A stretch of 40,970 nt of DNA from Alphaproteobacteria bacterium (GTDB lineage: Bacteria > Pseudomonadota > Alphaproteobacteria > JACZXZ01). The notes under the pieces were generated by a model. The model had not been told where the DNA came from and did not search any database. It saw nothing but the letters and a program-made list of their open reading frames with translations. The translations under genes and the position numbers were made by a program. The DNA lies in contig DATJAC010000251.1 of NCBI GenBank assembly GCA_035516655.1, positions 1-40,970 on the forward strand, read 5' to 3'. Shown here in pieces: positions 27,736 through 35,649 of this stretch (position 1 is its first letter; the number at the start of each line of letters is the position of its first letter).

Positions 27736-29048
27736 GACCGCGGCCGACCGGCGCCGGCTGCGAGGCTCGTCTCGACGCGCCCGATCGACGCCCCCCCGGG
27801 TGCCCCCGCCGCCGCGCGAGCGAATTTGGCGGCGAGCCGCGCAATGCCGGGTACGGAGCTGAAGCCTTGGCGCACGCGCTCGGCTCCGGCCTTGCCGAGG
27901 GCTTCGCGCAGAGCGGGCTCCCGGATGAGGCGCTCGAGGCTTGCGGCTACGGCCGGCACGTCGCCGGGGGCTACGAGCACTCCGGTCCGGCCCGCGTCGA
28001 CCAGCTCGGCAACCGCGCCCGCGGTCGTCGACAGACAGGCGAGCCCCTGACTCTGCGCCTCGAGCAGCACGTTGGGCAGGCCGTCCCGATCCCCGCCCGG
28101 CGCGATCCGGCAGGCGAGCGCGAAGAGATCGGCGCGACGGTACTGGGCGAGGACGGCGTCCTGGGCGAGCGGGCCGAGCCAGCTCACGCGCAGGGCGATC
28201 CCCGCGCGCTTCGCCTGACGCCGAAGCGCTGCCGCGAGCGGCCCGCCGCCCACATGCACGAAGCGCCAGTGGAGCTCCATGGGCAGCCGCGCCAAGGCGG
28301 CAAGCAGGGTATCGTAGCCTTTCTTGGCCACCAGCCGGCCGACCGAGAGGATGACGACCGGGGCCGCAGGGTCGCTGCCATCGCGCGGCGGCACGTCGGC
28401 CGCGGGCCGCGCCGCGGCCGGCGGGAAGCGCGCGAGATCGAGCCCGTGATAGACGAGCTCGACCTTGCTCGGCTCGGTGCTCAAAGCCGCGAGATGCTCG
28501 GCACCGCTCCGGGTACAGCTGACGAGCCACTCGAGGCTCGCGAGCTTGGCGCGCTTCTCCCAAGCGGGGATCGTCCAGATGTCCTTGGCGTGCGCCGAGC
28601 AGCTCCACGGCAGTCCCGTCAGCAGGCTGGCGTAGCGCGCGACCGAGGCCGGCGTGTGGAGGAAATGGGCGTGGAGATGCGCCACGCTCGCCGGCAGCTC
28701 GTGCGCCAGCACGAGCGCCTGGCCGAAGCGGCGCACGCGGTTGGGCGTGGGATCGCGCGCGAGATCGGCGAGCCAGGCGGCACGGGCGCGGCGATAGCCC
28801 GCCCGCCCCTTGAGCGCGCGCCAAGCGGCGAGCACGCGACGCGGCTCGTCGTGCAGGTATTCGGGAAGATAGAGCACGGGGGCAGCGATCTCGCGATGGA
28901 TGGGGTGGTGCTGGGCATCGCTCGGATGGCGCAGCGAGACGATGTGAAGGGCGAGGCCGCGGCTCTCGAGCCCTTTGAGCTCCTGCGCGATGAAGGTCTC
29001 GGAGAGACGCGGGTAACCCTTGAGGACGACAGCTATGGTGGGCCGCAC
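27708..29048 (-). CDS. Glycosyltransferase family 4, WcaL-like (YPRLSETFI type)
   Basis: VRPTIAVVLKGYPRLSETFIAQEL N-terminus. C-terminal GGDRDGLPNVLLEAQSQGLACLST is present. I prefer the GTG at 29048 over the TTG at 29090. The 3' end overlaps the next gene by 28 nt. Confidence 0.75.
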   Translation of the reverse strand: MRPTIAVVLKGYPRLSETFIAQELKGLESRGLALHIVSLRHPSDAQHHPIHREIAAPVLYLPEYLHDEPRRVLAAWRALKGRAGYRRARAAWLADLARDPTPNRVRRFGQALVLAHELPASVAHLHAHFLHTPASVARYASLLTGLPWSCSAHAKDIWTIPAWEKRAKLASLEWLVSCTRSGAEHLAALSTEPSKVELVYHGLDLARFPPAAARPAADVPPRDGSDPAAPVVILSVGRLVAKKGYDTLLAALARLPMELHWRFVHVGGGPLAAALRRQAKRAGIALRVSWLGPLAQDAVLAQYRRADLFALACRIAPGGDRDGLPNVLLEAQSQGLACLSTTAGAVAELVDAGRTGVLVAPGDVPAVAASLERLIREPALREALGKAGAERVRQGFSSVPGIARLAAKFARAAAGAPGGASIGRVETSLAAGAGRPRSCASPSMRR

Positions 29049-29052
29049 GGCG

Positions 29053-30273
29053 CTACGGATGGCCCGTGGCCACCGAAACCGGGTGCACAAGGCGCGGCCT
29101 GAGATGGCGCTCGACCAGGCGATTGACGTTGCCGAGGCCGTCGAGCAGGCCCGGGACGACCATGTCCGAGGGCCGCTTCTGCTGGGGCAGCTGACGCAGC
29201 GCCGTCGCCATCATGTGGGGATCGCGCGCGTAGCGATCGACGAGCATGGCGACGAGTCCGAGCGCTTGGGCGCGCGAGGCGCGGATATATTGCTCGAGAC
29301 GCGGCTCGGTGCGGGGCACGATGAGGGCCGGCTTGTCGAAGGAGAGGATCTCGCAGAAGGTGTTGTAGCCGCCCATGGCGACGACGCCGACCGCCCCTTG
29401 GATGAGCGTCTCCATGCGCGCGTCGAAGGTCATCATCTCGACGTTCTCGAGCCGGTCCGCGCGCGTCATGAACTCGGCCTGGCGCTCGGGCTGCATGAAG
29501 GGGCCCAGCACCATGAGGGCCGGATAGGGCATGGCGGGGTGCACCTCGTAGGCGCGCAGGACCCAATCGATGAGGGCCTCGCCGTCCCCGCCTCCGCCTG
29601 GCGTGACGAGCAGATAGGGCACCTCGAGGCGCGGGCGGGCGGGCATATGGGCGAGGTTCTCGGGCAGCTTGCGCTCGAGATAGCCGGTATAGACCGTGCG
29701 TCGCCGCACGGAATCGGGAAGCTCGATGCCCTCGAGCGGATCGCATACCTGCGGCAGGCCGTAGATCCAGATCTCCTCGTAGAAGTCGGCGAGGGCCGGG
29801 AGCACCTTCTTGCGCTCCCATTCCGGTGCGAGCAGGGCCGGCTCGTCCATCACGTCGCGCAGGCCGAGGACGAGGGGCACGCCGCGCGCTTTCAGCATGG
29901 AAAGCGTGTCCTCGATCTCGCCGCGCAGGCCGAGGGGCTCCTTGTCGACGAGGAAGAGGTCCGGATCGAAGGTATCGGCCGTGTAGCGGATGATCGACGA
30001 GCGCATGGCCAGCATCTCGCCGATGTCGATATGGAGGTTGAGCGAGGTATATTCGCCGTTGTGGAGCTTGATCACCCCGGGCACGCGCACGAAATCGACG
30101 CGCGCGCGGAAATCGAAGCTGCCGATGATCGGCGAGCCCGAGAGGATGAGCACCGACATGTCCTTGTGGTGCTCGACGAGCGAATGCGCGATGGCACGAC
30201 AGCGCCTCAAATGTCCGAGGCCGAAGGTGTCGTGGCTGTAGATGAGAACGCGCGTGCCCTTGCGGGTCGACAT
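29053..30273 (-). CDS. MurG/GT28-like glycosyltransferase (GT-B fold), paralog B; first gene of the operon
   Basis: MSTRKGTRVLIYSHDTFGLGHLRRCRAIAHSL N-terminus. C-terminal GVVAMGGYNTFCEILSFDKPALIVP is present. Its architecture is collinear with 24840-26012. Confidence 0.65.
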   Translation of the reverse strand: MSTRKGTRVLIYSHDTFGLGHLRRCRAIAHSLVEHHKDMSVLILSGSPIIGSFDFRARVDFVRVPGVIKLHNGEYTSLNLHIDIGEMLAMRSSIIRYTADTFDPDLFLVDKEPLGLRGEIEDTLSMLKARGVPLVLGLRDVMDEPALLAPEWERKKVLPALADFYEEIWIYGLPQVCDPLEGIELPDSVRRRTVYTGYLERKLPENLAHMPARPRLEVPYLLVTPGGGGDGEALIDWVLRAYEVHPAMPYPALMVLGPFMQPERQAEFMTRADRLENVEMMTFDARMETLIQGAVGVVAMGGYNTFCEILSFDKPALIVPRTEPRLEQYIRASRAQALGLVAMLVDRYARDPHMMATALRQLPQQKRPSDMVVPGLLDGLGNVNRLVERHLRPRLVHPVSVATGHP

Positions 30274-30469
30274 TGCGACCGCTCCCTTCGTGCCGGCTTC
30301 CCCATAGCCTATCGCGGCCCTCCCCGTCAAAGCCAGTCTTGTGACGGTTGGGCGGCCGTCGGGCCTGGTGTCGGGTGCCGGGGCGGCATTTACGCCCCGC
30401 CCGGCCTGGGCTAATCTCGGGGCCGCCGCAGGGCTTTTTTCGACGATCGGGGGCTCAGGTAAAAAGACC
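30274..30469. promoter_or_regulatory. Divergent intergenic control region between the GT operon and the ABC/cNMP operon
   Basis: 196 bp lie between two divergent first genes. The region contains a hairpin ggggcg-gcattta-cgcccc and a T6 run (about 30436-30441). I could read no recognisable sigma70 or CRP box. Confidence 0.35.
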
Positions 30470-33136
30470 GTGGAAAAGACTATTTATCGGTACGTCCTAA
30501 AGTACAGCCTCAAGGAGCAAATCGTCCTGCTCGTGGTCACGGGCATCTCGTTTCCGTTTCTCTACTACTCCTATGACCTGCCCAAGCTGATCGTCAATCA
30601 CATCAAGGACGCGGCCAATCAGGCCTACCGCGGCGGCGGGCTCGCAGCGGTGAAGGCGAACCACCTCTTCGGCATGAGTTTCGGCGCGGTGAGCTGGCTC
30701 ATGCTGCTCTCCCTGGTTTTTCTGGCGCTGACCGTCATCAACGGCGGCTTCAAGTACTTCATCAACGTCTTCAAGGGCCGCCTCGGCGAACGCATGCTGC
30801 GCCGGATGCGCTATCAGCTCTACAGCCGCATCCTGTGCTTCCCGCTCCCCCACTTCAAGAAGATCTCCGTGGGCGAGATCATTGCGATGGTGATCGCCGA
30901 GACCTCGACCTTGGGCGAATTCGTGGGCGACGCCGTGGCGACGCCGATCTTTCAAGGCGGGCTGCTGCTCGTACCCCTCATCTTCATCCTGGTGCAGAAT
31001 TTCTGGCTCGGGCTGGCGGCGGTGGCGCTTTATCCCGCCCAGGGCTATCTCATCCCGAAGATGCAGAAGCGCGTCAACGACTACAACAAGCGACGCATTC
31101 GCACGCAGCGCGGACTTTCCGAGCGCCTCGGCGAGGCGGTCGGCGGTGCCCTCGAGATTCGCGCCAACGACACCTCCCGCTTCGAGCGCGCCGATTTCTC
31201 CGACCGTCTGCACCTGCAATACCTGACCCGCCTCAGGATCTTCATCCTCAAATTCCTGGTCAAATACATCAACAACACCTGCGACAAGGTGACCCCGTTC
31301 TTCTTCTTCACGATCGGGGGCTACCTCGTGCTCAGGGGCCAGCTCGACATCGGAGCGCTCGTCGCCGTCATCGGTGCGCAGAAGGACCTGGCGTCGCCCT
31401 GGGGCGAGCTGCTCACCTTCTACCAAAGCAAGGACAACGCGCGGATCATGTACGAGCAGGTGGTCCAGCAGTTCGCCCCGCCCGGTGCGCTCGACGAAGC
31501 GATGCAGCTCGCCGAGCCCGAGAAGATCGAGCCGCTCAAGGGCGAGGTGCAGTTCGCCAACGTCGGCTTGAGCGAGGACGGCCGGCTCCGGCTCGTCGAC
31601 AACGTCTCGACGCGCTTTCCGCTCGAGAGCCACGTCGCCGTCGTCGGCGCGGGTGCGAGCGGGAAAGAGGAGCTCGGAATGCTGTTGGCGCGGCTCTTGG
31701 TGCCGAGCTCCGGCAAGATCACGATCGGAGAGCAGAATATCGCCGACTGGCCCGAGGCGGTCACCGGCCGGCGCATCGGCTTCGTCGCCCAGCACGCTTA
31801 CATGTTCTCGGGCAGCATCGGGGACAATCTGTTCTACTCGCTCAAGCACCAGCCGATCTCGCACAACCCCTCCTCGCCCGAGCGCGCGGCCGACATGATC
31901 GAAGCGGCGCGCACCGGCAATCTGCCGCTCGACATCAGGGCCGACTGGATCGACGCCCAAGCCGCGGGGGCGAGCACGCCGGCCGAGCTCAAGGAGCGCG
32001 CCCTCGCCATCCTCGGCATGACCGAGATGGAGGACGACGTCTACCGCGTCGGCCTCAGGAGCGTGATCGATCCGGCCAAGCGGCCCGAGCTCGCCAAGAG
32101 CGTCCTCGAGGCGCGCCACGCGCTCCGCGAGCGCTTGGCCGAGCCCGGCTTTGCCAGCCTCGTCGAGCTCTTCGACCGCGCGCGTTACAACGACAATGCG
32201 AGCGTGGGCGAGAATCTGCTGTTCGGCACGCCGACCGGCGGCGCTTTCGACATGGACCGGCTCGCCGAGAATCCCTATGTGCTCGAGGTCCTCGACAAGA
32301 CCGGCCTCACCGCAGACATCCTCGCCATGGGGCGCGAGGCGGCCTCGACCATGGTCGAGCTCTTCGCCGATCTGCCCCCGGGAAGCGAGCTCTTCGAGCA
32401 ATACTCCTTCATCAGCGCCGACGACCTGCCCGAGTTCCAGGCGCTCCTCACGCGGGTCGGCTCAAGCGGGCTCGACCAGCTCAACGACGACGACAAGAAG
32501 CGGCTCTTGAACCTGCCCTTCAAGCTCATCCCTGCGCGGCACCGGCTGGACCTCATCGACGAGCCCTTCAAGGCGCGCATCCTCGCGGCCCGCGGCGTCT
32601 TCGGCGAGGGCCTGCCGGCCCAGCTCAGGGGCGAGCTCGAGTTCTTCGACTTCGAGCGCTACAACGCCACCTCGACGCTGCAGGACAATGTGCTCTTCGG
32701 CAAAGTGGCCTACGGCCAGCCCCAGGGCGTGCAGCGCGTGGGGGCGCTCATCCAGGAGGTGCTCGAAACGCTCCACTTGAGGGGGGCGGTCATGGACGCC
32801 GGCCTCGGCTTCAACATCGGCAGCGCGGGCGGCCGTCTCTCGGGTACCCAGCGCCAGAAGCTCGCGATCGCGCGGGAGGTCTTGAAGCGGCCGGACCTCC
32901 TCATCCTCAACGACGCCTTGGCCGCCCTCGACAGCACGGCGCAGAGCAACGTGCTCGACAATCTGCGCGCGGAATTCAAGGGCCGCGGTCTGGTCGCCGT
33001 CCTCAACCGCGCGGCACTGGCGCGCAATTTCGACCGCGCACTCGTGATGCAGAGCGGCAAGCTGATCGAGCAGGGCGAGGTTGGCGAGCTCAACCGCGCC
33101 GGGTCGGTGTTCCACGGCTTGGTGCAGTCGGAATAG
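30470..33136 (+). CDS. ABC half-transporter (exporter-type TMD + NBD) with a non-canonical, expanded nucleotide-binding domain
   Basis: The N-terminal ~330 aa carry about 6 TM helices. The NBD has Walker A GAGASGKE (31646-31669), signature LSGTQ (32837-32851) and Walker B LLILND followed by Ala (32897-32917). About 290 aa are inserted between the Q-loop region and the signature. The GTG start at 30470 is tentative. Confidence 0.75.
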   Translation: MEKTIYRYVLKYSLKEQIVLLVVTGISFPFLYYSYDLPKLIVNHIKDAANQAYRGGGLAAVKANHLFGMSFGAVSWLMLLSLVFLALTVINGGFKYFINVFKGRLGERMLRRMRYQLYSRILCFPLPHFKKISVGEIIAMVIAETSTLGEFVGDAVATPIFQGGLLLVPLIFILVQNFWLGLAAVALYPAQGYLIPKMQKRVNDYNKRRIRTQRGLSERLGEAVGGALEIRANDTSRFERADFSDRLHLQYLTRLRIFILKFLVKYINNTCDKVTPFFFFTIGGYLVLRGQLDIGALVAVIGAQKDLASPWGELLTFYQSKDNARIMYEQVVQQFAPPGALDEAMQLAEPEKIEPLKGEVQFANVGLSEDGRLRLVDNVSTRFPLESHVAVVGAGASGKEELGMLLARLLVPSSGKITIGEQNIADWPEAVTGRRIGFVAQHAYMFSGSIGDNLFYSLKHQPISHNPSSPERAADMIEAARTGNLPLDIRADWIDAQAAGASTPAELKERALAILGMTEMEDDVYRVGLRSVIDPAKRPELAKSVLEARHALRERLAEPGFASLVELFDRARYNDNASVGENLLFGTPTGGAFDMDRLAENPYVLEVLDKTGLTADILAMGREAASTMVELFADLPPGSELFEQYSFISADDLPEFQALLTRVGSSGLDQLNDDDKKRLLNLPFKLIPARHRLDLIDEPFKARILAARGVFGEGLPAQLRGELEFFDFERYNATSTLQDNVLFGKVAYGQPQGVQRVGALIQEVLETLHLRGAVMDAGLGFNIGSAGGRLSGTQRQKLAIAREVLKRPDLLILNDALAALDSTAQSNVLDNLRAEFKGRGLVAVLNRAALARNFDRALVMQSGKLIEQGEVGELNRAGSVFHGLVQSE

Positions 33137-33154
33137 GGCGGGCTGGAGGTCAAG

Positions 33155-33613
33155 ATGAGTCTCAAGGAAGAAGTCGAGATCCTACGCAACATCCCGCTCT
33201 TCGGCAAGATCGAGCCCTCGAAGCTCAAGCTGCTCGCCTTCACCTCGGAGCGCCTCACCTATCATGCCGACCAAGTGCTCTTCCACCAGGGCGATCCGGG
33301 CGATGCCGCCTACATCATCCTCTCGGGTGCCGCCGAGGTGGCGATCGACGGGCCGACGGGACCGATCGTGGTCGCCGAGCTCGCGCGCAACTCGATCCTC
33401 GGCGAGATCGCGATCCTTTGCGACGTGCCGCGCACCGCGACCGTCAAGGCGAAGAGCGAGCTCGTGGTCCTGCGCATCTCGAAGGAGCTCTTCTTCAAGC
33501 TGATCACCGAGTTTCCCCAGATGGGGATCGAGATCATGCGCGTGCTCGCGGACCGCCTCGAGCGGACCACCCACCAGTTGCGCGAAGCGGTGAGTCACGC
33601 GGAGCATCATTGA
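33155..33613 (+). CDS. Stand-alone cyclic-nucleotide-binding (CAP effector) domain protein
   Basis: 152 aa with a ggagg RBS 8 nt upstream. IPLFGKIEPSKLKLLAF...GDPGDAAYIILSGAAEV...LGEIAILCDVPRTATVKA matches the cNMP-binding beta-roll and phosphate-binding cassette (GE..L....PR.A.V). Confidence 0.85.
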   Translation: MSLKEEVEILRNIPLFGKIEPSKLKLLAFTSERLTYHADQVLFHQGDPGDAAYIILSGAAEVAIDGPTGPIVVAELARNSILGEIAILCDVPRTATVKAKSELVVLRISKELFFKLITEFPQMGIEIMRVLADRLERTTHQLREAVSHAEHH

Positions 33614-34098
33614 GCCGGCTCGACAGCTTCATCCGGCGCCTCCTTGCCCAGCGTGCGGCGATCGACTATGCGGCCGGACTGATCGCCGGCCTCGAGGGTC
33701 CGGTCCTCGAGCTCGGCCTCGGCAACGGGCGCACCTTCGATCATCTCCGCGAGCGCCTCCCGGGCCGCGAGATCTTCGTCTTCGACCGCAAGCTCACCGC
33801 CCATCCGAGCTCGCAACCGGATGCCGCACACTTCATCCAAGGCGACTTCCGCGAGTCGTTACCGCGCGCCCTCGAGCGCCTCGGCGCCAAGGCGGCCCTC
33901 GCCCATTGCGACATCGGCTCCCACGACGCGGCTGCGAGCCAGGCGCTCGCGGCGGCTATCGCACCGCTGCTTGCTCCGCTCATGGTGCCGGGCGGAATCG
34001 TGCTCGGCGATCAGCCCATGGCGCAGCCGGGATGGCGGGAGCTCACCCTCCCCGAGGGTGTCGAGTCCGGGCGCTATTTCATCTATCGCGCCGGGTGA
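33610..34098 (+). CDS. Small class I SAM-dependent methyltransferase-fold protein (Methyltransf_24/TylF-like)
   Basis: VLELGLGNGRTFDHL resembles SAM motif I. An acidic residue ends the next strand (IFVFDRK), and CDIGSHD...LMVPGGIVL follows. The TTG start at 33610 overlaps the upstream TGA. The start and the family are both tentative. Confidence 0.45.
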   Translation: MSRLDSFIRRLLAQRAAIDYAAGLIAGLEGPVLELGLGNGRTFDHLRERLPGREIFVFDRKLTAHPSSQPDAAHFIQGDFRESLPRALERLGAKAALAHCDIGSHDAAASQALAAAIAPLLAPLMVPGGIVLGDQPMAQPGWRELTLPEGVESGRYFIYRAG

Positions 34099-34105
34099 GG
34101 GCCGC

Positions 34106-34897
34106 TCACACCGCGAGATCGACGATGGCGGGTGCGTGGTCGGAGGGCGTCTCCCAGCCGCGCGCCTCCTTGAGGACGGCGGCACCCGAGAGCCTGTCGC
34201 GCAAGGCCGGCGTCACCCAGATATGGTCGAGCCGCCGGCCGCGGTCGGCCGCACGCCAGTCCGAGGCACGGTAGCTCCACCAGCTGTAAAGCCTCTCCGC
34301 GGGCGGGATGAAATGGCGCACCGCATCGACGAAGCCGTGGGCGGCCTGGAGCTTGCCGAGCCACTCCACTTCGATCGGGGTGTGGCTCACCACGTCGAGG
34401 AGGGCCTTGTGGGACCACACGTCGGTCTCGAGCGGGGCGATGTTGAGATCGCCCACGAGGATCGCCTTGCGCCGCGGCTTCTGGCGCGCCTCCCACCAGG
34501 CGACGAGCTCGGCCAGGAAGCGCAGCTTGTGCGCGAACTTGGGATTGGCCTCGGCGTCGGGAATGTCGCCGCCCGCGGGGATATAGTAGTTGTGGAGCTC
34601 GATCCCGCCCGGAAGCGTCGCATAGGCGTGGCGGCAATCCTCCTTCTCGCACCAGCCCATCTGGCCGGCCTCTTTGAGCGGCACGCGGCTGAGGATGGCA
34701 ACGCCGTTGTAGGACTTCATGCCGTGGACGAGCTGGTGGCCGTAGCCGAGGCGTGCCAAGGGCTCGAGCGGGAAATGCATGTCCTGGACCTTGGTCTCCT
34801 GGAAGCAGAGCACGTCGGGGGCGCACTGGGCGATGAGCCGCTCGACGAGGCCGATGCGCAGGCGCACCGAGTTGACGTTCCACGTGACGATGCGCAT
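34106..34897 (-). CDS. xthA: Exodeoxyribonuclease III
   Basis: MRIVTWNVNSVRLR, LCFQETK, GDLNIAP and the C-terminal SDHAP are present. The 263-aa length fits. Confidence 0.92.
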   Translation of the reverse strand: MRIVTWNVNSVRLRIGLVERLIAQCAPDVLCFQETKVQDMHFPLEPLARLGYGHQLVHGMKSYNGVAILSRVPLKEAGQMGWCEKEDCRHAYATLPGGIELHNYYIPAGGDIPDAEANPKFAHKLRFLAELVAWWEARQKPRRKAILVGDLNIAPLETDVWSHKALLDVVSHTPIEVEWLGKLQAAHGFVDAVRHFIPPAERLYSWWSYRASDWRAADRGRRLDHIWVTPALRDRLSGAAVLKEARGWETPSDHAPAIVDLAV

Positions 34898-34912
34898 CGG
34901 ACCGCCGCCGGC

Positions 34913-35644
34913 TCAGGGCTGCTCGAGGGAGGGGAGGCTGAGGCCGAGCTCGACCGCGAGGGTCGTGACGCGGCGCAGGTAGTCCGCGCGCATCTCCTCG
35001 TTCGTGCGCTGCTTGATGCCCCATTTGCGGAAGATCGCGTTGTTCTTCGAGTCCGGCCGCCCGAAGAAGGCCGGCAAGGTCGGCAGGATGCGGTCGGTCG
35101 CGGCCTGAACCTTGCGCCGGCCTGAGGCAGTGGCGACGAGCTCGGTCGTGAAGTCCTTGCCGAATTGCGCGTGGAAACGCTCCTCCGGCATGGTCATGCG
35201 CGCGAGGTTGCGCAAGGGATGGAAGCTGCACTGGAGCAGATCCTCGACCTGGAGGATCTCCGCCAGGTCGCCGAAGAGCTTGAGCACGCAGAACTCCTCC
35301 CAGGTGCGGAGCGGAAAATCGAAGATGGTGAGCGGCCGCTTCTCGGGCCCGGGGACCAGCTTCGCGGCCGGGATGCCGATCTCCTCGCCGAGCTCGCGGA
35401 AGCGCACGTGATGGCCGTACTCCTCCATGGCGATCCGGCAGGTGAGCCATTTCGCGTGCGGATCGGGGGCGAGGGCTATGGCCGGCTCGTCGAAGACCTG
35501 GGCGCCATAGAGCTCGTTGACGGCGTGGCTCAGCACGATCTTGCGCACCGCCGTCTGGTATTCCTCCGGCTGCTGCATGAGCTCGCGCGCGGTATGGACC
35601 TCGATGCGTTGAGCCGTCATGACACGCTCATCGTCGGCAGCCAT
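34913..35644 (-). CDS. Ferritin-like di-iron oxygenase subunit (PaaA/PaaC-family-like)
   Basis: A four-helix ligand pattern is readable: NELYG, MEEYGHH (E-x-x-H), LAEILQVEDL and PEERFH (E-x-x-H). It lies 5 nt downstream of a ferredoxin-reductase gene. Confidence 0.6.
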   Translation of the reverse strand: MAADDERVMTAQRIEVHTARELMQQPEEYQTAVRKIVLSHAVNELYGAQVFDEPAIALAPDPHAKWLTCRIAMEEYGHHVRFRELGEEIGIPAAKLVPGPEKRPLTIFDFPLRTWEEFCVLKLFGDLAEILQVEDLLQCSFHPLRNLARMTMPEERFHAQFGKDFTTELVATASGRRKVQAATDRILPTLPAFFGRPDSKNNAIFRKWGIKQRTNEEMRADYLRRVTTLAVELGLSLPSLEQP

Positions 35645-35649
35645 GCTCC

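Noticed and set aside
30339-30362. TGTGA half-site (tgtgacggttgggcggccgtc) in the divergent promoter region as a CRP/CAP operator.
   Set aside because: There is no matching TCACA half-site at the required 6-bp spacing. Only a weak 5-bp inverted repeat (gacgg...ccgtc) is present.
30341-30469. Upstream GTG at 30341 as the ABC transporter start, which would add 43 residues.
   Set aside because: The added residues (MTVGRPSGLVSGAGAAFTPRPAWANLG...) are low-complexity and lie in the divergent promoter region. The membrane domain begins right after the GTG at 30470. The start remains tentative.
33155-33613. The cNMP-binding protein as an effector of a cyclic-nucleotide antiphage system (Pycsar/CBASS-like).
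   Set aside because: The window has no nucleotide cyclase, CD-NTase, TIR, nuclease or pore-forming effector. The context is a glycan/transport locus in what otherwise looks like core chromosome.
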